Assembly (NCBI GenBank): GCA_963809785.1
Contig: CAWEKV010000001.1
Coordinates: 3,464,408-3,528,407 of the forward strand
Direction: 5' to 3'
From: an uncultured Planctomycetia bacterium
GTDB lineage: Bacteria; Planctomycetota; Planctomycetia; Pirellulales; S012-138
DNA length: 64,000 nucleotides
How positions within the stretch are numbered: the stretch's first letter is position 1; every line of letters starts with the position of its first letter. This document shows positions 55,842 through 63,844 of this stretch, in pieces. The position numbers were made by a program, and so were the translations under genes. The notes beneath the pieces were generated by a model. That model was not told where the DNA came from. It did not search any database and saw only the letters and a list, made by a program, of their open reading frames with translations.

Positions 55842-56321
55842 TCAGACGTTCACGATCGTCACTCGCATCGCCGGCAGCTCGACCACGGCCAGAGAGTGCG
55901 GCGTCGCCCGGAACAGGGCGCCGGGGTTCAGCACCAGCGTGCGGCCCTGCCGGTGCTGCCGGGCCACGTGGGTGTGGCCGTAGCAGACCAGGTCCCAATG
56001 ATCGGCGTGGATGGTCTCGGCGAACCGCTTCTGGTCGTCGCTGTGCAGAAAGGCGATGTGCTTGCCCGCCCGCTCCAACGAGCCAAATCGTCCGTGGCAG
56101 GTTTGGCCGCATTGGTCGATCGCCTCGCGCAGCGGCGGCTCGTCATCGACGTTGCCAAACACGAAGTGCGTGGGCCAGGCTGCAAAAAGCGGCACGATGG
56201 CCGGCGAGCCGATATCGCCACAATGAATCACCTCGGCCACTTCCAGAGACTCGAGCATGCGCACGGCCTGGCGCGTGTGTTCGACGTGGCCGTGAGTGTC
56301 GCTGACGATGCCCAGCAGCAT
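55842..56321 (-). CDS. YfcE/MJ0936-family metallophosphoesterase
   Basis: Intact 159-aa ORF: MLLGIVSDTHGH..VIHCGDIGS..FVFGNVDD..FLHSDDQ..CYGHTH. Confidence 0.8.
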   Translation of the reverse strand: MLLGIVSDTHGHVEHTRQAVRMLESLEVAEVIHCGDIGSPAIVPLFAAWPTHFVFGNVDDEPPLREAIDQCGQTCHGRFGSLERAGKHIAFLHSDDQKRFAETIHADHWDLVCYGHTHVARQHRQGRTLVLNPGALFRATPHSLAVVELPAMRVTIVNV

Positions 56322-56539
56322 AGGTCCTCGTGGCAGGCAGCGGTGCTCTGTCGCTCCGTGGGCAAGATTAGGACATGAGCGACGTGGCAGATCAAGGGGG
56401 CCACGGGGGCCACCGGAGTCTGGAAGAACTGCTCAAGCCGCTTGCAAAGCTACTGCCGCGGGACCTGGCGGAGGCGAGATGCGTTGTCCTTTTTTAGACC
56501 TGCGCCGTAAAATTTGTTTGGCCTCGGAGGTCAGGGGAC

Positions 56540-57430
56540 ATGCAGAAGACACTTACCGAATATGGTGCGCCGGTAGACGCCCGAGCGATGGTCGAGCCGC
56601 CCGATGCGGCGGAGCTGGTCTTCGAGCCGGGCCATCCCGGTCTGGGCGACGAGGCTTACGTCGAGCGGCGGCGCGAGCTGTTCGCCCTGCTGCCGCCGGC
56701 ACCGCCTGGAGCGGCTCGGCCCGCCGCTGATCGACTACACGCCGGAAGAGACGCGCATCTGGCGCGAGGTCAGCCCCAAGCTCGACGAGCTGCACCGACG
56801 GCACGCCAGCGGGATCTATCTGGCGGCCAAGCGCAAGCTGGGCATCTCCGAGACAGAAATCCCCCAGTTGCGGCTGCTCAGCGACGAGATCCGCAAGACG
56901 ACGCGGATGCACCTCGTGCCGGCTGAAGGGGCACTCCCTTACCGCACGTTCTACTCGTACATCGGCCGAGCGGGGCTTTCCGGTCACGCAGTTCATCCGG
57001 CACGGCTCGCACCCGGAGTTCACGCCGGAGCCGGACATGATCCACGACTGCCTGGGTCACGTGCCGCCCCTGATGAACCAGGACTACGCCGAGCTGCTGA
57101 CGCTGATCGGCAAGGCCACGTCCACCACGCCGCACGGCGACCAGGTGCTGGCCCTCAAGCGGTTTAGCTGGTTCAGCATCGAGTTTGGCCTGATCGAGGA
57201 GCAGGACGAAACGAAGGTGTTCGGGGCGGGCATTCTGTCATCGACGGGCGAGATTCCGTTCTCGCTTTCCCCCGACGTGCGTCGGCGGCCGTTCGTCACC
57301 GACGACGTCATCGAGACGGATTACGACCCTTCGCGGATGCAGGAAACGCTGTTCGTCGGCGCCTTCGATGCCCTTTCTGCGGCAGGAGATCGAACGGCTG
57401 GTGAAGCGATTCGGCATCCCAGTGCGGTGA
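56540..57430 (+). pseudogene. phhA: Aromatic amino acid hydroxylase (phenylalanine-4-hydroxylase-like); at least 3 frame changes
   Basis: GHPGLGDEAYVERRRELF.., IDYTPEETRIWREV.., FTPEPDMIHDCLGHVPPLMNQDYAELL (iron-binding His pair), ..FSWFSIEFGLIEE. End ..LVKRFGIPVR* at 57430 in a third frame. Confidence 0.8.
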
Positions 57431-57589
57431 GGTTCGAGCTAGCTTCTCCCTCGCGGGTGCGTCACGTGAGTGTGCGCACTGCCGCGCGGCTACATGACAT
57501 GGACGTAGCCGTGCCAGTGGCTAGGATAAAGTCAGACGGCTTTCCAGCTCATTTTGCCGCTTACGGCCAAATCATCGTCAGAAGAGTCC

Positions 57590-59817
57590 ATGAGCCAAAG
57601 TGCCCTGTCCGCCGTAGCGAACGGCCGCTCCCCTCGCCGTGCTTTGTCCTGGCCCTGGCTGCGGCCGATTGTGGAGTGGTTCTTTTGTTACCCCGTCCTG
57701 TTCCTGGAGGCGGCGGGGCTGCTGGCGATCGTGCTGGGCATTGAGGAGACGTGGGATGTGCTGGGGGCCAGGATGATCGGCCTGCCCGGCCTGTTCTGGC
57801 ACCACTCGATCTGGATTCAGCTTACCGCGGGCTTTGGCGTCGCCGCCGTGCTGGGCGAGATTTGCCTGGTCGGTTATCTCCTCGATGCGGAGCACAAGTG
57901 GATGCGCCGCCGCAGCCCTGCCGAAGACGCCGGTCAGGACGCGCCGCACCTCACGCTGGTGATTTCTTCGGCACCGGCACCTATCCCTTGCTGGTGCTGG
58001 CGGCCGCTTTGCCGGCGGTCCGGGCGATCGAGCTGCGCTGGCCCCTGCCCGTTGGGTTGTTGATAGGGACGGCACTGGTGTTCGCCCTGACCTATTTCGG
58101 CGTGCTCGATCTCTCCGGAGAAGACCGGCCTGTTCGACTGGATGCTGAACCTCCGCAAGCTCCGGCAGCGCATGCCGGAAGTATGGCGCGAGGAGCTGGG
58201 CATGCGCGGCTTCGTCTGCGGGTCAGCCCGGCGGAGCGGAACGAGCTGTCGAGGTACTTCCACCTGCATTCCTTCCAGGTCTTCGTCATGGCCTTGCTGG
58301 CGGCGATCTATTTGGCGCTCTATCTGGCCGCCGTTTACTGGACGGCCGATTTCGTCTCGCCGGCACTGGTGATCTGCGTGCTGCTGGCCCTGATGACGAC
58401 GGCCTACGGCTTCATCGTGTTCCACTTCCCGCTGCGGCACTTCGGCGTGGTGTTCCTGCTGGTCGCCGGCTACTTCGGCGTGGCCAGCTACGTGTCGAAG
58501 CAATACCAGTTCGCCGGCCTGGACTACGGGAGGCCGACCGTGCTGGCCCAAGTCGATGTCGGGCCGGAGCAAAGCGGGCTTTTGCCCAACGACCGACAGG
58601 ACGACGACGACGGCGTGCTCAACCGCTGGCGCGGCCAGTTCTCCCAGCACTGGCCCGGGCAGTTCCCCCCGAACCAAAAGCCGGTGCTGGTGGTCGTGGC
58701 CACCAAGGGGGGTGGAGCCCGCGCGGCCGCGTGGACGACCGCCGTGCTGGCGCGGCTGGAAGAAGACCTGCCGCGGCTGCCGTACCACGTGCGGCTCATC
58801 AGCGGGGCCTCTGGCGGCATGCTGGGGGCCGCATACTACGTGGCGACACTCAATCCGCCCGGCTCGGAAGCATTGCACACGGTTTCCAGCGAGCAGCTCG
58901 TCAATCGCATCTCGCTGGACAGCCTGAGCCCCGTCGTGCGGCACCTGGCCTTACCGCTGCGCGGCGACCGCGGCGAGGCGCTCGAGCAAGCCTGGGAGAA
59001 GAACACCCAGGGCGCCTTGGCCCGGCCGCTGGCCGATCTGCGCCGTGCGGAGAGCGCGGGTTGGTGCCCATCCCTGGTCTTCGCGCCGATGCTGGTCGAG
59101 GACGGCCGGCGACTGGTCATCAGCAACCTCGATCTGGCGCTGCTGGTCAACGAGAGGACCAGCCTGTTGCGCGAAGGGCACTGGCCGAACGAGCCGTCGC
59201 AGCAATTCTGGGACTGCGCCGTCGGGATGGCAGTTCTTCGAGCTGTTTCCCTACGCCACCGACGTGCGGCTCAGCACGCTGGCCCGAATGAATGCCTCGT
59301 TCCCGTATATCAGCCCCGACGCCGAGCTGGCCACCTCGCCGCCGCAGCGGGTAGTGGACGCGGCCTATTACGACGCCTATGGCGTGAACCTGGCCGCACT
59401 GTGGATTCACTTCTACCGCCAGTGGCTCACAGAGAACACGTCCGGAGTGGTGCTGATCCAGATTCGCGACCAGGAGCGCAGCCGCGACCTCGAGGCCCCC
59501 TCATCGATGCCCGGCTGGCGGAGGGCCTTGTCGCGCTTTACTACGCCGATCGAGGGGGCCATTCGCGGCGCGATGCCACGATGTCCTACCGCAACGACGA
59601 GCTGGTGCACATTGTCAGCGAGGACCTGCGGCAACAGAAAGACCCGGAGTTCTTTCGCACGTTCGTCTTCGAGTTCTCGGAGGACGCCCCGTTCAGCTGG
59701 TACCTGCCGCCGGAGAACCGCGATCGCCTGAAGAAGGAAGTGGCCCGCAGCGACAGCGGTTTCGCCCGCGAGGCGCAGGCTCTGCGGGAATGGTGGGGCC
59801 GCCGCGAGGGCAGATGA
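57590..59817 (+). pseudogene. Patatin-like phospholipase with a ~330-aa polytopic N-terminal membrane region; at least 3 frame changes
   Basis: TM-rich N-terminus (ORFs 57554- and 57751-); PVLVVVATKGGGARAAAWTTAVL..RLISGASGGMLGAAYY (G-x-S-x-G nucleophile elbow); ..FPYISPDAELATSPPQRVVDAAYYDAYG (catalytic Asp region, ORF 59045-). End ..REWWGRREGR*. Confidence 0.7.
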
Positions 59818-59821
59818 CGGA

Positions 59822-60065
59822 CGTGGCACGGCCATCTCGGCTCAGAGTTACCCACATCTCCGAAAGACGTAGTCCACCGGTTGCGACAGCAGATCGATGC
59901 ATGCACTAGGCATTGAGTTTTCCTCCACGCCTTCCTCCATGACGAGACCATCGTTGACGAGGGATGCTCCAGTACGTTCGTTGAGGATCGTCAAAACTAC
60001 GGGAAAACTCGCTGCTGGCAACCTCCAACATGTGGGTAACTCTGAGCCACGATGGCCGTGCCACG
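59822..60065. mobile_element. MITE-like element: 36-bp terminal inverted repeats (34/36 match) around a 172-bp lower-GC core
   Basis: cgtggcacggccatctcggctcagagttacccacat (59822-59857) against the reverse complement of atgtgggtaactctgagccacgatggccgtgccacg (60030-60065). No transposase and no clear target-site duplication. Confidence 0.5.
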
Positions 60066-60083
60066 CTCGCTTGACCCCCCGCG

Positions 60084-60089
60084 TATAAT
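60084..60089 (+). promoter_or_regulatory. Perfect -10 hexamer TATAAT 6 nt upstream of ATG 60096 (possible leaderless mRNA)
   Basis: gcgtataattggggcATG. No convincing -35 at 17-nt spacing (ttgacc is only 7 nt upstream) and no Shine-Dalgarno sequence. Confidence 0.3.
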
Positions 60090-60095
60090 TGGGGC

Positions 60096-60548
60096 ATGCG
60101 ATATCTGGTCAAAGCGCGCGTGAAACCGGGCCGCGAGGCGGAGCTCTTACGGGCGATCGAGGACGGGACCCTCGGCCGCGGCTCGGTGGCCGGGGACGAG
60201 TATCTTCACAACATGGCCCAGGCCCGGCTGTTGGTTGACGGGTCGGTGCGTTGGGTCGAGGTCTGCTTCTGCGACGTGCCGCTGGCTGAAGAGCGGCCTT
60301 ATTGGGAGCAGTTCTTCGAGCTGACTCGCGTGCAGGATGCCCATGCCCGGCATCGCTGCCGGGACCTGAATGGCACGGAGCCTTGGGCCTGTGGCGAGTG
60401 CGACTGCACGGAAAAGCTCGAGGCGACGATGGCCGGCTGGGGCAGGCCGTTCTTGGAAGTGCTGCGAGAGGCCGCATTTGGCTCCGTCCTGTCCATCAGC
60501 AACGAAAAAGGAGGGTGCCCCCCGGGGGACACCCTCCCTTGTCTTTGA
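60096..60548 (+). CDS. Hypothetical Cys/His-rich protein (150 aa)
   Basis: Intact ORF: MRYLVKARVKPGREAELLRAIEDGTLGRGSVAGDEYLHNM..VRWVEVCFCDVPLAEERPYWEQFFEL..HARHRCRDLNGTEPWACGECDCTEKLE. The last ~15 codons run through the terminator hairpin, so the exact 3' end is uncertain. Confidence 0.6.
   Translation: MRYLVKARVKPGREAELLRAIEDGTLGRGSVAGDEYLHNMAQARLLVDGSVRWVEVCFCDVPLAEERPYWEQFFELTRVQDAHARHRCRDLNGTEPWACGECDCTEKLEATMAGWGRPFLEVLREAAFGSVLSISNEKGGCPPGDTLPCL
60505..60546. terminator. Bidirectional intrinsic terminator between convergent genes
   Basis: aaaaa-GGAGGGTGcccccc/gggggaCACCCTCC-cttgtcttt: a GC-rich stem flanked by an A-run and a T-rich tract, so a U tract follows the stem on either strand. 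Confidence 0.65.
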
Positions 60549-60611
60549 GCATCCGCGGCTTTCGCACACACAGGGCCAGGCGCCAGGCCGGGATGCTTTC
60601 TTGGTGAACGA

Positions 60612-61066
60612 CTAGGCAGCCTTCCGCTTGGGAAGCTCGGTCTTCTTCGGCTCGCCCATCGGGGGGGCCGGTGGACCGCTCGGCGGGGCGCATCGCCCTT
60701 CATCTCAACCGAGGGAGCATAGCCGCCGCCGCAACCATGGCAGCCGTGACAACCGTGGCAACCATGACAACCGTGGCAGCCATGGCAACCGTGGCAGCCC
60801 CAGCCACCGTGGCAACCGTGGCAACCGTGGCAGCCATGACAACCGTGGCAGCCGCGACCGAACAGACCACGCAGGAAGCCGCCGCAACCGCCGCAACCGT
60901 GGCAGCCGTGGCAGCCGTGACAACCCCAACCGCCGCCAAAGCAGCCGCCGCAACCGTGGCAACCGAAGCAACCGCCAGCCTGAGCCGTGTTGCTGTCCAC
61001 CGACATGGCGGTGAAGCCAACCACGGCCAGGAACAGGGCGATGCCCAAAACCAGAACTCGATTCAT
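60612..61066 (-). CDS. Secreted (Gly-Cys-His)n repeat protein; putative periplasmic metal- or heme-binding protein
   Basis: ATG 61066 with GGAGG 8 nt upstream. MNRVLVLGIALFLAVVGFTAMSVDSNTAQA (Sec signal), then GGCFGCHGCGGCFGGGWGCHGCHGCHGCGGCGGFLRGLFGRGCHGCHGCHGCHGCHGGWGCHGCHGCHGCHGCHGCHGCHGCGGGYAPSVEMKGD. As given, the frame reads on to 60299. A 1-nt shift near 60690 gives ..APPSGPPAPPMGEPKKTELPKRKAA* ending at 60612, just before the terminator. Confidence 0.7.
60715..60975. repeat. 9-nt coding microsatellite-like array (ggY tgY caY) with synonymous variation
   Basis: The plus strand reads gtggcaacc / gtggcagcc / atgacaacc / atggcagcc repeatedly, which is the complement of GGx-TGy-CAy codons. 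Confidence 0.85.
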
Positions 61067-61594
61067 CCTAGGAACCTCCAAATACGGGTACAGGGTAACG
61101 GGATCCCGAACCTTCGGCCGTCTTGTGTTTCCGCTGCCAGCCGACGGCCGCTGCTCGCGCGGATTGGTCTGCGGACGCGCTGGAGAGGCGCTGCGGACGG
61201 TTGCCCTGTGAGAAACCGCCCGCGGTCGCCTTGCCGCGGCCGCCGTCCGGTGGTGAGAACCGCGTGGCCGGTCGCCGGCGGTCCGGCGCCTTGAGCTCGC
61301 GGGGCACAGCCGATTGGGGGAGGTGCCTTCGCGGTCAAGGAGCCGTCGCGGTCAACAAACTGTAGGTTGCGGTTGGGCGAGGAGCGGCGATCGGCGAAAA
61401 TCGTCCAGCCCGGAAGCCGCGTCCGATGGTGACGACGATGCGGGTAGTGAGGATGAATCGGAATGAAGGATCGGCGTGAAGGGTCGGAAGTCGATTTCGT
61501 GACAAAACACGCTTGGTTCGATTTGTTCGACTGACAACTCGCCGTCACGAACCGACTCCCGACCCCGTTCCCCACACGTCAAGTTCGATACAAC

Positions 61595-62091
61595 GTGAGT
61601 CAGCCGCCCTCCACGACCAAAGTGCCCACGCCCCAGCGGCCTTCGCGGGGCGTCGTGGCCGCCATCGACTACGGCGGGGTGCGGGTCGGCGTGGCCCTGA
61701 GCGACGAGGGCCGGACGATGGCCCTGCCTCACGCTACCTACCCGCGGACTTCGCAGGCCGCCGATGCGGCATGGTTCCGCCGGCTGGTGAAGGAATATCA
61801 GGTAACGCTGTTCGTCGTCGGCCTGCCGGTCCATCTGGATGGCCGAGAGAGCCAGGAATCGCGTGCGGCGCGGCAGTTCGGCCAGTGGCTAACGGCGGAA
61901 ACCCGCGTCCCCGGCGTGTTCTTCGATGAGCGCTTCACTACGGCCGAGGCCGAAGAAGTGCTGCGCGGCCAGGGCCTCACCGCCAAACGGCGCAAGCCGG
62001 CGCGACATGCTCGCCGCGCAGATTCTGCTGCGCGACTTTCTGGCTGCCGGCTGCCAGGGACAAGAAGCCCCCGGCGGACTGGATGATTGAG
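61595..62091 (+). CDS. ruvX: Holliday-junction-resolvase-like nuclease RuvX/YqgF (frame change near 62000)
   Basis: VVAAIDYGGVRVGVALSD..VTLFVVGLPVHLDGRESQESRAARQFGQWL..VFFDERFTTAEAEEVL. The natural C-terminus ..DMLAAQILLRDFLAAG..* is in the adjacent frame and ends at 62091. Confidence 0.8.
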
Positions 62092-62118
62092 GCCGGACAT
62101 CGAACCGTGCGGTCTCGG

Positions 62119-63844
62119 CTACAGCGCCTTGACGTAGACGACCTTGTCGTCGCCGGGCCCGTAGAACTCTTTCAGCACGGCCTCGCAGTGATAGCCGCAG
62201 CGTTCGTAGAAGGCTCGCGTGGGCTGGTATTGCGCACGGTTCGACGTCTCGATGTATACCCGCCGGCCGCCGGCGCCGCGGATGAGCCGCTCGGATTCCT
62301 CGAGTAGCAGCCGGCCGAGGCCGAGACGCTGGTGCCCTTGATCGACGGCAATCCAGAACAAGTCGAAGCTGCCCGCCGTGCAGGCGATGGGGCCGTAGCA
62401 GGCGTATGCGACCGGCCGGCCATTCAATTCGGCAAAGGCAAAGGAATAGCCCGATGCCTCCCCCTTGGCCAGCCGCTCTTCAACTAGCTCGACCGCCACA
62501 TCGCACTCCGCCGCGTAGAAGAAGCCGGTCGATTCGACAATTCGCCGCACCGCCGCCGGATCGGCAGTCAGGACGTCGTGGCGGAATGTCGGGCAGGAGC
62601 CAGGAGTCAGGGAACAGGAGTCAGACAACGGGCTATCCGTTTGCCTCCCCTGACCCCTGCCTCCTGATTCCTGACCTCTGCCTCCTGCCTCCTGATTCCT
62701 GCCTCCTGATTCCTGCCTCCTGACGCCCGCTTCCTCCACAATCCGCTCCATGGCATCCTCGTAGCTGATTCCCGCCCGCTGGAGCGCGGCCGTGTAGCCG
62801 GCGTCAGGGCTGAGGCAGGGGTTCGTGTTGATCTCCAGGATCCACGGCCCTCCGGCGCGGTCTACGCGAAAGTCCACCCGCACGTAGCCGCGGAGGTCGA
62901 AGACCTCCCAGCAGCGGCGGGCCAGCTCGCTGAGCCGCTCGACGAGCGGCCCGTCTTCCGGCGGAAAGTCGAATCGCCGCGGCGTCTGGTGGAACTCGAA
63001 GGAGGCGTCGTCCCACTTGGCCTCGTAGCCCACGATCCACGGCTTGCCGGCGGGGAAGGCCGAAAAGTCGATCTCCGCCGGCGGCAACGTAGTGGGCACA
63101 CTCCGTGAGCCGTGGCCGACGGCTAACGGATTGTGCCTGCCACCATCGGTCAATAGCGACAGGTTGAACTCGCGGCCTTCGATGAACCGCTCCGCGAAGC
63201 ACTCTCGCCCCAGCCGCGCGGCATGCTCCTCGACGCGGCGACGCAGCTCCTGGGCATCGGCCACGGTGACGATGGCATCGTCACCCAGCCCGAACGAGGC
63301 GTGCTCCCACACGGCCTTGAGGATGAACTGGCCAGGAGAGCTATCTCGCTCCGCAGAGGAGTCAGGAGTCAGGAGACTGGACTCAAGAGAGGCCGCGGCA
63401 CCTTGATTGCTGACTCCTGATCCCCAACTCCTGACTCCTGACCTCTGACTGCTGACCCCTGACTTTTCGACCCCGTACCACGGCGGCGTCGGCAGGCCGG
63501 CTTGCCGCAGGCGCTCCTTGGCCAGCAGCTTGTTGTTAGTGAGCCAGAGGGCCGCAGCCGAATTGCCGGTGTAGGGAAGGCCCAGCGATTCGAGCAGCGA
63601 GGGGAACACGTGCGCCAGCCGATCCCACCCGGCCAGCGACTCGACCAGATTGAACACCACGTCTGGCCGCAGGTCCACCAGCGACTCGCCGCGCGGCGGC
63701 CAGGTCCAGCGTGCAGTCCAGAGACTGGCAGTCGTGTCCGCGGCGCGAGAGGGCCGCCATCACTGCGTCGCGCTGCACCAGCACGTCCCCTTCGTCGGCG
63801 GCCGCGCCGGGCGCGACCGCGTTATGCACGACCAGCACGCGCAT
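62119..63844 (-). CDS. Fusion protein: D-Ala-D-Ala-ligase-like ATP-grasp domain + C-terminal GNAT acetyltransferase, with two hairpin-array insertions read in frame (frame change near 63690)
   Basis: MRVLVVHNAV.. (ORF 63536-63844), then ORF 62119-63678: DVVFNLVESLAGW..LPYTGNSAAALWLTNNKLLAKERL..ERFIEGREFNLSLL..YVRVDFRVDRAGGPWILEINTNPCLSPDAGY (ATP-grasp), then ..FWIAVDQGHQRLGLGRLLLEESERL..YIETSNR..TRAFYERCGY (GNAT). Confidence 0.75.
62591..62727. repeat. Intragenic hairpin array (caggagtcag / ctgattcctgcctcctg units) at the ATP-grasp/GNAT junction
   Basis: gggcaggagccaggagtcagggaacaggagtcagac .. cccctgacccctgcctcctgattcctgacctctgcctcctgcctcctgattcctgcctcctgattcctgcctcctgac. Translated as ..RRQESGGRNQEAGGRGQESGGRGQGRQTDSPLSDSCSLTPGSC.. 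Confidence 0.85.
63357..63464. repeat. Second intragenic hairpin array of the same caggagtcag family
   Basis: gaggagtcaggagtcaggagactggactc .. tgctgactcctgatccccaactcctgactcctgacctctgactgctgacccctgac. Translated as ..KSGVSSQRSGVRSWGSGVSNQGAAASLESSLLTPDSSAE.. Confidence 0.85.

Noticed and set aside
57590-59817. Patatin gene as a CBASS-type or other phage-defence effector.
   Set aside because: No CD-NTase, SMODS, SAVED, TIR or other sensor gene is adjacent. The flanking genes are metabolic (phhA, a phosphoesterase). The N-terminal polytopic domain is not the architecture of CapE-type effectors.
60612-61066. GCH-repeat peptide as a RiPP precursor (microcin-B17-like thiazole/oxazole, bufferin/MNIO or radical-SAM substrate).
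   Set aside because: No cyclodehydratase, dehydrogenase, DUF692/MNIO, radical-SAM or ABC exporter gene lies within ~5 kb. The neighbours are ruvX, an ATP-grasp/GNAT gene, a small Cys-rich ORF and a patatin gene. A Sec signal on a stand-alone gene fits a metal-binding protein better. The idea is not excluded if maturases are encoded elsewhere.
60671-61294. Plus-strand 207-aa ORF rich in Ala/Thr/Val/Met (..AAATMAAVTTVATMTTVAAMATVAA..) overlapping the GCH gene. Two more minus-frame ORFs (60700-61020, 60705-60971) cover the same interval.
   Set aside because: They are the complement or frame-shifted readings of the GGY-TGY-CAY repeat. They have no signal peptide, RBS or terminator logic. Only the Gly-Cys-His frame has a start with GGAGG, a Sec signal and synonymous-only variation.
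61067-61594. Named riboswitch (cobalamin, NiCo/czcD or yybP-ykoY Mn) in the GCH leader.
   Set aside because: I could not find the conserved cores of these classes by eye on either strand. The region is kept only as an unclassified structured-leader candidate.
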